From positions 9,491,436 to 9,555,435 of the forward strand of contig NC_069010.1 in NCBI RefSeq assembly GCF_001194135.2: DNA of 64,000 nucleotides, read 5' to 3'. The notes below the pieces were generated by a model. It was not told the DNA's origin, did not search any database, and saw only the letters and a program-made list of their open reading frames with translations. Made by a program: the position numbers and the translations under genes. The DNA is from Octopus bimaculoides (taxonomy: Eukaryota). Within the stretch, counting starts at the first letter, position 1. Every line of letters begins with the position of its first letter. Shown here in pieces: positions 23,400 through 36,190 of this stretch.

Positions 23400-23467
23400 C
23401 ATGTCTCGTTCTGATACAGGACCCATGGATCTAATCAAGATGTCAGCTTTTATTATCAAGGGGCCTT
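23400..23467 (-). CDS. Cys-loop channel exon (Q-GPLIIKADILIRSMGPVSERDM)
   Basis: ccag|AA acceptor, ATG|gtaagt donor, 68 nt; SxGPVS alpha-type motif. Confidence 0.93.
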
Positions 23468-24549
23468 CTGGAGTGACAAAAGTAAATGGAAAAAAAGTAT
23501 TTAGAAATGTGCAAACCTTTGGCAGGATTCAGGAGTCATACAAGGGACTCGCATTGCAGCATCAGTGATTCATTTCAATGATTCTTTCTAGCAATATATA
23601 TCATTATATATCGTCATCATCATCATCATCATTTAATGTCCACCTTCCATGCTGGCATGGGTTGGACAGTTTGACAAGAGCTGCTGGCTGGGAAGGAGTA
23701 TATATGTGTGTGTGTGTATGTGTATGTGTGAGTTTGCATATGTGTATGTGAGTGCATGCGGGTGTGTGCTTGTGTGCATGTGAGGGTGTGTGTGTGTGTG
23801 TGCATGGTGTTTGTGTGCGTGTGTGTGTGCATAGTGTTTGTGTGCATGTGCATGCGAGTCCACAAGTGTATGTGTGTGTATGTGTGTAAAAGCAAATCTG
23901 TGTATGTGTGAGTGTGCGCGCCTTTGTCTCAGCATCATGTGATGGTTGTAAACAAGCATCACCATTATACAAGCAGTGTTCTTCATGTTCAATCTTCCAT
24001 GAAATTCAAGTTTGGTCTTGGTGGGGGGTGGGGAAATATTACCTTGCTTAGAAACAGGTGAGGGTTGGCGACAGCAAGGGCACCCAGTCATAGAAAATCT
24101 GCTTCAATAAACTTTGTTTGGCTCATGCAAGTATGGAAAAGTTGACATTAAATGGTGATGATAGAATATCTTAAAAGTACGGTAGCTGATCAAATGTGGG
24201 TGTGCAGGTTAACTAATTGGTGGAAAGAAAAATATCCCAAAGATGTGAAAGGGGAGAAAAAAACCCCAGAAAAATACAAAACCTATTAAAATTGTACAAT
24301 GCTAGAAGTCAAGGGAAGATCAAAATCTACTGATAAAGAGTCTGGTTTCCGAAAGGAGATCAAAGGAGGAGAATTAGTGATTAGAAAGGGAAAAAAAGGG
24401 GAGAAAATTACAAAGTAAATATTTAGAAACATGCCTGTAGCTATTTAGCAGTTCAGGTCTTTTATTTAAGTCTTGGAATAAAATCAAAAGTTTTTGGCTT
24501 AAACTCAGCTGACAAAGCAAAGTTGTGTGAAGTAGACTGTATTTTAAAT

Positions 24550-25290
24550 TGTTGTTGTTTTACACCAGGTCAGTCCTGTTCATGTAGACATATAATCAAA
24601 AATATTCTAGATACAACCGTCTTGTTTTTATATAGGCATTGTGTACCAAGGACTACATTGTCTAATGTGTCCATCCTTGTTATTGTTCAGCCCCAGGTCA
24701 GTCCTGATCCAAAAGACCTACAATTAAAGATGTCCCAACTGTCCCTGTTTAATCTTTTTATTTTGACAAAGTGTACCTTGGACAAAATTGTCTAATGTGT
24801 TCATTATTATTATTATTATTATCATTGTTTAGCCCTAGGTCAGTCCTAATCCAGCAGGCCTATGATCAAAGTTGTTCCAGACGTGACCATCCTGTTTTAT
24901 TCAGGAATGCCATTCACTGTGTCCCTCTGTGTTATTTTTGTTTAGCCCTAGGTCAGACCCGATTCAGACATAACTATGATCAGAGATGCTCCGACTATGA
25001 CCATCCTGCTTTATTCAGACATGGTGTATCTCGGACTACATTATCTAGTGTGTCCTTTCTAGTTGTTTTTTAGCCCCAGGTCAAACCTGATCCAGACAGA
25101 CCAGTGATCAAAGATGTTCCATCGGTGACCATCCAGTCTTTCATTCAGAGATAATGTATCTAGGACTACATTATCGAATGTGCTCTTTGTTGTTGTTTTT
25201 CTGGCCTCAGGACAGATCTAATCCAGACAAACCAACGATGAAAGACATTCCTTTTGTGACCATCCTGTCTTTTTACACAACTTGATATTT
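24550..25290 (+). repeat. Six tandem diverged units of about 125-140 bp
   Basis: gtttagccccaggtcagtcctgatcc…ggactacattatctaatgtgtcc repeated, with short (TTG/TTA)n spacers. Confidence 0.85.
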
Positions 25291-25888
25291 AAAAACAAAA
25301 AAAAAAAAGATATGCAAGTGTAATCCGAGACACATAACGACAGCTATTTCTACAATATCATCTGACGAGGAACAAAGAAAGCTCCATTATCTTTGTTTCA
25401 TATTGATTTCCATTCCGTTGTTATCATCGATGCCATGGTTAGCAGTGTTTAGCCCCGGGTCAAACTTTATCCAGGCCCAGACTTGCCAAGACAAACCACG
25501 CATCAATTCTGATGATTGCCTCATCTTGTATTCAGACATGAAATACATCAAGGTTTACGATATCCAATTTAGTAATTCCGGCTGGAGATTAAACCAGTGT
25601 AACTCAGTCTTGGAGCCTGGCTATCATGTTTATCCGAGGAATATGAATGGAATGGAATAAATAAGAAAACGGTTGATAATAAATATTGGAATGAATGCAA
25701 AAAAAAGAAATATGGTGGTGGCTGAGGTCATCTGTTTCAAGTTAGGATGTCTGAGTAATTCTAGATTTATTAAATAATAAATAGTATATATATNNNNNNN
25801 NNNNNNNNNNNNNNNNNNNNNNNNNNNNNNNNNNNNNNNNNNNNNNNNNNNNNNNNNNNNNNNNNNNNNNNNNNNATATGTATGTATA

Positions 25889-25939
<51 letters not shown>

Positions 25940-26042
25940 GTATATATATACATACACTTATATGTATATCCATACACAAACATATACACACATGTGCATG
26001 CATATATGCACACACAAACACACATGTATATGTGTTTGGACA

Positions 26043-26090
<48 letters not shown>

Positions 26091-26161
26091 CGTATATATA
26101 TGGTTGAATATATATAGTATTATATATATGTATTGTTTATATATGTGTGCATGTGCATTTT

Positions 26162-26228
<67 letters not shown>

Positions 26229-26347
26229 TTTGCTTAGGTAGAATGATGCTAGTAACTTGGTGTCAGAACTCATATGTATATGCTTCAGAACAAAATATCA
26301 GTTGAAAGTACGTTGTCATTTTAATTTCTTATGTATGTATATGAATA

Positions 26348-26382
<35 letters not shown>

Positions 26383-26673
26383 ATATATATATCTGTGTGT
26401 GAGNNNNNNNNNNNNNNNNNNNNNNNNNNNNNNNNNNNNNNNNNNNNNNNNNNNNNNNNNNNNNNNNNNNNNNNNNNNNNNNNNNNNNNNNNNNNNNNNN
26501 NNNNNNNNNNNNNNNNNNNNNNNNNNNNNNNNNNNNNNNNNNNNNNNNNNNNNNNNNNNNNNNNNNNNNNNNNNNNNNNNNNNNNNNNNNNNNNNNNNNN
26601 NNNNNNNNNNNNNNNNNNNNNNNNNNNNNNNNNNNNCGTTGTCATTTTAATTTCTTATGTATGTATATGAATA

Positions 26674-26708
<35 letters not shown>

Positions 26709-26890
26709 ATATATATATCTGTGTGTGAGTGCATTTTGTGTTCACTACATGTACTTTTACTTGCCCATGTTGATGTGTGTGTGCGTGTGTTTGCATGCAT
26801 CTGCAGTTAGATACTCCCCACACATGCACCACACTTGCACATGTACACACACTCACACACCCACGCACACATGCACACCCACCTCCATGG

Positions 26891-26922
<32 letters not shown>

Positions 26923-27416
26923 ACAAACAACAACAAAAAACAAAGCATGCACATATATTCTAAAAGTCACATCTGTCGGTGCCAATGCCACAAGAATCTA
27001 ATTATCTCAGTTGCTAATTCGCATTTAATACGGTCCAAGAACAGAACCAACCAAACTTGATAATCAGAAATTAGAAACATTGGTCACTGCCAATGGAACC
27101 TAATCCTCTTATTTGATTGTGGAGTCTTGGAGATCTCCTGATAGTCTTAAGTTTTGCATTCATTCTTCATTATTGACTGCTTTAAACCATTGGACTATGG
27201 TCATGCTGGAGCATTGCCCGGCAGGAGATATTAGTGGATTATTTAGAGGAGCTGGCATGGTTGCGTGGTAAGATGTTTGCTTCTCAAACACATGGTCCTG
27301 GGTTCAGTCCCACTGCGTGGCACCTTGAGCAGCTGTCTTCTACTATTGCCCTGGGCCAACTGAAGTCTTGTGAGTAGATTTGGGAGATTGAAACTGATAA
27401 GGATCACATTGTGTAT

Positions 27417-27452
<36 letters not shown>

Positions 27453-29697
27453 GTTTAATGACCGTTTTCCATGCTGGCATGGGTTGGACAGTTTGACCGA
27501 GGTCTGGAGAGTCAGCGGCTGCACCAGGCTCCAATCTGATCTGGCAGTGTTTCTACAGCTGGATGCCCTTCCTAATAACGCCAACCACTCTGAGATTGCA
27601 GTGGGTGCTTTTTATGCCTTGGATTTTTATCTCGTACTTACATACATACATCCGTATATATACATACATATATGTATATATATATATGCGCATATATATG
27701 TTTGTATATGCTTGTGTGTATGTGTCTGTGTGTATACATCTTTATCTGATATTCTTATAATGAACATCAGTGATATTCTTGGCCATTTCTTTTGTCCTCC
27801 TCATTTCGTTCTGTTAGGTTCCTCCTCCTCCTCCTCCTCCTTCTTCTTCCCTCCTCTTGCTTTCAGTGTGTGTGCGTTTATATATTGTGATGATATATAT
27901 ACATACATACATACATACATATATTGTTATATGGACTGTTAGATATGTAATTCGTCTGACGTTCCGTGTGTCATGTGGTTCGTCTGAGTTCATTGTTTCA
28001 TTGTTGTTGTCTTGTGGGACTGTCGTAGTAAAATGTCATTGATATATATATGGCGGACATGACTTTTGTTTATTCATAACGAACATTGGGTGAGTGCGTT
28101 CTTTGTATGTAATTGAACAATAAATGTAATAATTAAATTGTATAACTCGTTATGTTATCTCTNNNNNNNNNNNNNNNNNNNNNNNNNNNNNNNNNNNNNN
28201 NNNNNNNNNNNNNNNNNNNNNNNNNNNNNNNNNNNNNNNNNNNNNNNNNNNNNNNNNNNNNNNNNNNNNNNNNNNNNNNNNNNNNNNNNNNNNNNNNNNN
28301 NNNNNNNNNNNNNNNNNNNNNNNNNNNNNNNNNNNNNNNNNNNNNNNNNNNNNNNNNNNNNNNNNNNNNNNNNNNNNNNNNNNNNNNNNNNNNNNNNNNN
28401 NNNNNNNNNNNNNNNNNNNNNNNNNNNNNNNNNNNNNNNNNNNNNNNNNNNNNNNNNNNNNNNNNNNNNNNNNNNNNNNNNNNNNNNNNNNNNNNNNNNN
28501 NTATATATATCCATACATACACACAAATTACTGTACATGCAGACATCGTTAGTGGCCCTTAACCCATCTAGACTGGAAGAAAAAAAAATAGCTGAAAGCA
28601 ATAATTAGCAAACGATCCAGAAAAGAATAAAAAAGGAGAAACAAATAAGTAAATAAAACAAATAAACAAACGGAAAAGAAATAAACAAAACAAACAAACA
28701 AACAAACTCCAACGTAATTTATGTGGTTAAGTGTCACTGTTATACAAATTTCAATTCGTTATCTGCACCAGCTAACGAACATGACAGGGAAATTATGCGA
28801 CTGTTTGATTGACTGATGGCAGACAACAGCCAATATGGCAGGATATTTATGCAAGAAAGAAGCAGTAGAGCACTGAACATATAGTTTGGTGTTGTATAAA
28901 TTGTTTTCTTTGATGGTTCCTTTGAGGTTTGAGTTCAAATCACACAGGGGTTAAAACTTAATGAGCTGTCTATTGGGCACATACAATTGGCTTTTGCTTC
29001 ACATGATCAACAGGTTTTACTTGGCTTTATTTTATGTTTCATGTTTTCGGTTTTTTTTTATCTGTTTTCCTGGATTTACATTTATCTACTTGTACTCACT
29101 TTTTCCAGCCCACTTCATACATCGTAATTTCATCCGTGGGTAAAGATTGTCAAGCATCTCTGCTGTCTGCCAATCTATAATGAAATACCTTGCTTGTTCA
29201 TAGCACAGTCTGGTGTTTCACTGACCATGAAATGTTCTGATATGTAGTCTGTTTGTTATGTTACGTATCATCACCACCATCCCTCTCTCTATCTCGTTCT
29301 CTCCTTCTCTCTCGATCTGTGATTCTATGATTCAGCTTCCAGCTCTTTCCATCATGTCTGTCTTAATCCCTTTGATGCCAACCCATCTGAGACCGACTCT
29401 GATTCTGTGATACAAACTTCCTGATTTAAAGTTAAATAAATTAAAACCTTTCATTAAAAGTTCTTATTAATTCATGTTCCAAACACCAACCTAATAACAA
29501 CAAAGTTATTTTACTAAATTCTTCAGTATTTTCAAAATTAATTAAGAAAATAATAATAAGGCAATGTATTTCAATAGAAATATCCTCGTTACATCATTTA
29601 GCTTCCAGATTTTTCCATCACGTATGTCTTAAATCTTAATAATCAGTCATATTACAGGCAGCCACGAACAAATATTCTTTAAAAAAAATTCACTTAC

Positions 29698-29791
29698 GAC
29701 CAAAGTCGGGCCGGAGTCGTTTGTCGTAGCCTTCCAAAAGTTTGTCCAGTAATTGTGTCATACTCTGCTTCTTGACAGTGGCTTGTGTCAC
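29698..29791 (-). CDS. Cys-loop channel exon: N-terminal helix (VTQATVKKQSMTQLLDKLLEGYDKRLRPDFG)
   Basis: LDxLLxGYDKRLRP motif and C|gtaagt donor at 29698/29697 are firm. The 5' boundary is either ttccag|GTG (29791, phase 0) or ttcag|G (29807, phase 2). Confidence 0.88.
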
Positions 29792-30180
29792 CTGGAAATT
29801 CAGGATCCTGAATAAAAAAACAAAAGAAAAAGATATTAGCTTCCAGTTTATAACATGTCAATGAATTTGGTGCTTAATGAGATCAAAAACGTATAAGTAG
29901 AGGTAACAACATTGAGTTTCTGGAACCATTGGTTCTTAAGCTATTCTCGATTGCTGTTTTTTTTTTTTTATCAAGTGAGGATGGTCACCTCTAAATTAAA
30001 GAAATATCAAATTGATTTTAATAATTAAATGAAATATAGCGGCACACCTGTTTCTGTCCTCATTTCTGATTACTCTTTCTCTCTCTCTCTCTCTGGCTGG
30101 GTGACCATGTACCTCCTCTACAACAAGACACTTGTTTCTGCCTCCCTGTCTCTCCGTCAGGCTCTAAACTTTCATCATTT

Positions 30181-30295
30181 GACACAAGATCACCTCTTCC
30201 AATGACACAAGACCACCTCCTCCAATGATACAAGACCACCTCCTCCAATGACACAAGGTCACCTCCTCCAATGACACAGGACCACCTCCTCCAAT
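30181..30295. repeat. 23-bp minisatellite x5
   Basis: gacacaagaccacctcctccaat repeated five times. Confidence 0.9.
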
Positions 30296-30363
30296 GTTAT
30301 CCTCCAAAAAGATAACAAAACCAAGGCCGTGAGGGGTTTTCAGGACATTTATAAGGAAAGAGA

Positions 30364-30425
30364 TATAGATACAGCCTTACAGCTGTTTCTGGGAGATTAT
30401 GGATATCCCTTCATCAGAGACTATT
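30364..30425 (-). ncRNA. Hammerhead-like motif with defective stem I
   Basis: CTGATGA-A-GGGA(11 nt)TCCC-A-GAAA-CAGC(tgtaag)GCTG-TA; stem I flanks do not pair cleanly. Confidence 0.4.
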
Positions 30426-30736
30426 ATTGAGAGTGACTTCTGTCTGACAATGGCTTAACTGGCTGAAACTTCGAAGTCACTGTCAGTAATATTTTGTTTA
30501 GCGAGAGTAAGTTTGTACTCTACAAAAGAATAGAGTAACCCAACAGATTAATGTAAAATTGTCTTGATTATAACTAAGCATAAAAACAATACACACACAC
30601 ACACACGTTTATTTGTGTGTGTGTGTGTGTGTGTGTGTATTTATGCATAGCTATTGTGAGATATACATTACACAGAGCAAACGTTTTTGTACAATAGAGA
30701 GCAGAGAGAGAGGGGGAGATGGTGTAAGAAAGAGAG

Positions 30737-30768
<32 letters not shown>

Positions 30769-32537
30769 GAAGAGAGAAATTGAGAGATAGATAAAGAGAG
30801 AGAGAAGAAGAAGAAGAAGAAGAAAGAGAGAGATAAGTAATCAACGTATTGATTGCAATCCTTCACTTTGTTTTTTGTGTAAATTTTAGGGGTTTTTTTT
30901 GTCACTTTTTTCCCCTCTTTTTTTTTCATTTTTACATTTCATCAAAATAAACACACATACCCCTCTCCTCTTACACACATACACATACATACATGCATAC
31001 ATATACATACATACATACATACATACAAACACACTCATTCTTCCCGCTCACATACATACACAAACGTAAATACATACACACACAGAAACATAGAGACACA
31101 TACGCACATATATGCACATGCATTTATACCCACACACTCAGTCCCCTACATTACGCACATACACTCATACGTACACACACACATAGATTCATAAACACAT
31201 ACACAAATATATATATACACGCATGCACATACCGACACACACTGATAAACACATATCCTGCTTAAGTACGTACATACACACTCCAATGTAAATACACCCA
31301 CACACATACATATACATCCATCCTCATACACACACACATAAATGTACATACACACACAAACATACATACACGTACATATACGCATACGTGCAGCCGACCT
31401 GCCATCCACACACACAAATGTACATAAACTCAGAAACATACACACACATACATACATGCATGCATTGAACCTGCCACACACACAAACACACACACGTATA
31501 CACATACCTATACATGCATCCAATCTGCCACACACACACACACACACACACATGCACACACACACACACATATGCACACACACACACANNNNNNNNNNAA
31601 CATACATGCATACACACATGTACAAACGCACGCACTCACACATACATATGCACACGCACACATACATACGAACACACACACACACGCACAAACACATACA
31701 TATGTACAAACACACACACATACACACACATACATATGAAAACGCACACACACGTACAAACACACACACACATTCACACACACATACACACTCACTCAAG
31801 GAGTAAAATCTCCCCTCCCACCACCCACTCCCCTATCCTCCGCACCCTATCCCCCTCATCTTCTGCCTCCTCTTTGGCCTCATCAAAATCAAACTCCACT
31901 TTTTCCGCCCACAAAATGGTTTTTAACTGAAAGTGCCAATCGATTGTTACCGAATGTTGCCAAAGAGCAAGGATTTGGCGGCAGTTCTATTGACAGCCTG
32001 TTGTACAAGTGGCGGTGAATGGAGGCCTACATGTGTGTGTGTGTGTGTCCGTGTGTGTGTGTGTGTGTGTCCGTGTGTGTGTGTGTGTGTCCATGTGTGT
32101 GTGTGAGTGTTTGCAGGGCAGGGTTGGGTTGTTAAAATGCTAAAATGCTGTTTGACATGCAACCATTTTCGCATGTGCGGAATTTCTGAGAGGTTCCTGA
32201 AGGATGGTGTTGGCAGTAGTGGTGGTGGTGGTGGTGGTGGTGGTAGTAATGGCGGTGGTGCCAGCGGCAGTGGTGGTGGTGGTGGTGGTGGTGATGGTTG
32301 GTTGTAGGGGCAAATGTTTATACTTACTAAAAGACATGCATTCGTACTGGCACTTTTTTTTCAGCATAAGTGCATATCTGCATACGCCTGCACTTACGTC
32401 TGCACAAACATGCTAGTATGCTCATCATGGGAGGGGATACGTTTCTTTCTATCTATCTATCTGTCTGTCTGTCTATTTATCTGTGTGTATGTCTATTTAT
32501 CTATCAATCTATCTAGTTCTCTCTCTATCAATCTATT

Positions 32538-32575
<38 letters not shown>

Positions 32576-33015
32576 TAAATGATAGGATTGCTTGAATTTT
32601 TCAGGGGTAGTCTGAAGTATGCAAGCAACCAGGGGATGTTTAAATCCGGAGGCACTCCTAGGAATTACTTGTGTGGGTACCGTCTTCGTTAGAGGGTATC
32701 CAGAGGCAGGTAATTTATTGTTTAAACCGCAATATATATATATATATATATATACATGTCAAGCTAAGTGGAATTACTGTCAGCCATACATACAGCCATG
32801 TCCTTTACAGATGCCACATAAAATGCATTCATGTTGGTGCTGCATAAATGCACCGGTGCTGGTGGCACATGGAAAAGCACCCAGCACACACATTAGGAAG
32901 AGCATCCAGCCATAGAAACCATGCCACAAGAGACAACCTGAGCCTGCGCAGCTCCCCAGTTGACCAGGTCCTGTAAAACCGACCGACCCATGCCCGCATG
33001 GAAAGCAGATGTTAA

Positions 33016-33053
<38 letters not shown>

Positions 33054-33763
33054 ATTTCGTCTGCTGCTACGTTCTGAGTTCAAATTTCATCAAGGTCGAC
33101 TTTGCCTTTCATCCTTTCATGGTCGATTAAAGAAGTACCAGTTACGCACTGGGGTCGATGTAAGAAGAAGAAGAAGGGGAGGAGGAGAAGACGAAGAAGA
33201 AGAAGAGGGAGGAGAAGAAGTAGAGGGAGAAGATGATGATGAAGACGAAGGAGGTGGAGGAGAAGAAGACGAAGAAGAGTAAAAAGATGATGGTGACTGA
33301 GGAGGAGGAGGAGGAGGAGGGTGGGGAGGAAAAAAGAAGAATAAGGAAAAGACAGGAGGAGAAGAAGAAGACGACGAGAAAGAAGGAAGAGGAGGATGAG
33401 AAGAATAAGAAGATAGATAGACAGACAGATAGAGAAGAGGTGTGATAAAGTAGAAAAGTAAGAGAAAGAAAGAAAGGAAGAAGGAAAGAAGAGAAAAAAT
33501 TATTTTTCATCGAAATTTAGAGGATAAAATTAAATTTAAAAAAATAAAAACTTAAAAATGAAAACATTTAAAACTAATAAAAATTATTTTTGCTGATGAA
33601 TTCAAACAGAAATTTCAATAACAAACAAAAGTGTAATTGAACAAAGATGAAGAGGGGCTGTAAGAAAAGGGGAGAGAAAAAGAGAAATGTTTGTGTGCGT
33701 GTGTGTATGTTTGTATGTATGTATGTAATGTATATATGTATGTGTGGTGTGTATATATGTATG

Positions 33764-33805
<42 letters not shown>

Positions 33806-33809
33806 CGTG

Positions 33810-33851
<42 letters not shown>

Positions 33852-36139
33852 CATATATGTGTGTGTATTCAGGAAGAGAGTAAAAGAGAGTTAGGGAGAA
33901 TAAGAGATGGTTAGGGAGAATAAAATTGCAAAATGAAAATAGGATGGAGTGGGTCAATTTGGAATGGAGAAAAAAAATGGGAGAAGGTAACGAATTTATT
34001 GAGTGTTGGAGACTTTAGAACTTGTACAATATTTCATTTAGAAGTTAATGAAGAGTTGATTAGAAATTTATTAAAAACTGCTGCCAATCAACGAACTGAA
34101 AGGCAGCACAAAACTCTTTGCAAAGTTGAATCTTCGAGTGGACAAAAAAAATTGTAGTCATGGAGGACATTAATTAATTAGCAAAATGAATGGTGAAAGG
34201 GACCAAGTTGAACAAAAAAATATAGAAACATGTTTGCGCGAGTGTATGTGTGTATGTGTGTGTGTGTGTGTGTAATATAGTTATAAGGTCTTTATGTGAA
34301 TATAATTTGAATATTCAATAGATTTAACAGAGTGGATATATATTATCATGATCTAACGTCTATTTTTCCAGGCTTTCATTGGTCAGGCAGAATCTGCCTC
34401 AACAGAGCTTGTCTGACTCATGGAAGTATAGAAGGCTGGAAGTTAAATGATGATAGTATATATGTATATCGAAACGTCTAGTTGGAATAGAGGCAGCTGA
34501 CGAAGGAATAATTCCAAGTGGCTATCTGTTTTCCTATGTGTTCGTTCCGTTGTCTGTAGTTCATTTTTCTAACGTCCTGTACCCTGATATGCATCTATAT
34601 ACACATGTNNNNNNNNNNNNNNNNNNNNNNNNNNNNNNNNNNNNNNNNNNNNNNNNNNNNNNNNNNNNNNNNNNNNNNNNNNNNNNNNNNNNNNNNNNNN
34701 NNNNNNNNNNNNNNNNNNNNNNNNNNNNNNNNNNNNNNNNNNNNNNNNNNNNNNNNNNNNNNNNNNNNNNNNNNNNNNNNNNNNNNNNNNNNNNNNNNNN
34801 NNNNNNNNNNNNNNNNNNNNNNNNNNNNNNNNNNNNNNNNNNNNNNNNNNNNNNNNNNNNNNNNNNNNNNNNNNNNNNNNNNNNNNNNNNNNNNNNNNNN
34901 NNNNNNNNNNNNNNNNNNNNNNNNNNNNNNNNNNNNNNNNNNNNNNNNNNNNNNNNNNNNNNNNNNNNNNNNNNNNNNNNNNNNNNNNNNNNNNNNNNNN
35001 NNNNNNNNNNNNCGTTTTCATTCGGTCGAGCATTCGTTCGTTAGTTAATCCGACTGAGAGAGAGAGAGAGGGTGGGGGGGGACGAGAGGGAGGGGAATGA
35101 GAGAGAGGGAGAGGATAATGGAGAGAAAGAGGGGAGGGAGAGAGAGCGGGAAAGAGAAAGAGAGAGGGAGAAATCAGAAGAGAGAGAAAGCGAAAGAGGG
35201 AGAGAGAGAAAGAAAGGGAAAGAGAACGAGTTTGAGAAAGAAAAGAAGCTTTTTCAATCAAATTAAAGAAAGTAAAAAGGCCAAAATAGGAAAAACAAAA
35301 TGGAAGACAAGAGGACGTCATTTTCTAGTGACTTCGTTAAAAGAAAAACAAAAAAAAAACAAGACCGGAAACTGTTAGGAGAGCAGACGATAGATTAGTT
35401 GAGGAGGTGTCGTCTGCTTACAGTTGAATTCATTGAAAATGGAGATGGATTGGTTCGTTATAAGGGAAATGGTGGATGATTTAGGACAGTCAATTTGCCA
35501 GAAGAAGGGGAAAAAGGAACAAAACACAAAAAGAAAAAAAAATTTAGTAGAAAGAGAAAATATGGAAAGGCAAAGGAAAAAGAGGAAGACCTTCCAGTCC
35601 ACCGACCCCACGCCCACGGCACCACGCCATTGTTGTGGCTGTTGTCGTTAATGATGGTGATGTTGGTGATGGTGGTGGGGGAGTGCTGTTGTGGTGGTGA
35701 TGGTGGTGATGGTGGTGGTGTTGTTATTGTTGATGGTGATAATGATGATGTTGTTGTTGGTGGTGTTGATAGTGATAGTATTAGCGGTAGTGGTGGTGGT
35801 GGTGAAGGCTGGTGGTGGCCTGAGATGTTGGTGGAGCCGGTGGTGGTGATGATGATGGTAGTGGTTTGTTGGTGCTGATGGTGGTGGTGGTGGTGGTCTT
35901 CACATGTCCATTCTTTGGTTACAAATGGAATTTGTCAACATATTCCCCCAGCCACACATCCACCCACTTCCTTTCCCCACCATTCTCTGATCACTTGTTA
36001 AACACACAAGAAAAAAAACATACACACACATATTTACATGTACTTATATTCATACACTTATATACTTATATTCATTGTGACGTTCTGTGCCCACATATGC
36101 ATATGTATATATGTATACATGCAAGTAGGTAGGCATATA

Positions 36140-36190
<51 letters not shown>

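Noticed and set aside
24550-25290. CRISPR-like array
   Set aside because: Long diverged units with microsatellite spacers in a eukaryotic context and no cas genes.
31951-32017. Possible extra channel exon (tag|GCC…TTCG|gtaac) on - strand
   Set aside because: No pyrimidine tract, weak donor, phases do not bridge the 48530 and 29791/29807 sites, and no family similarity.
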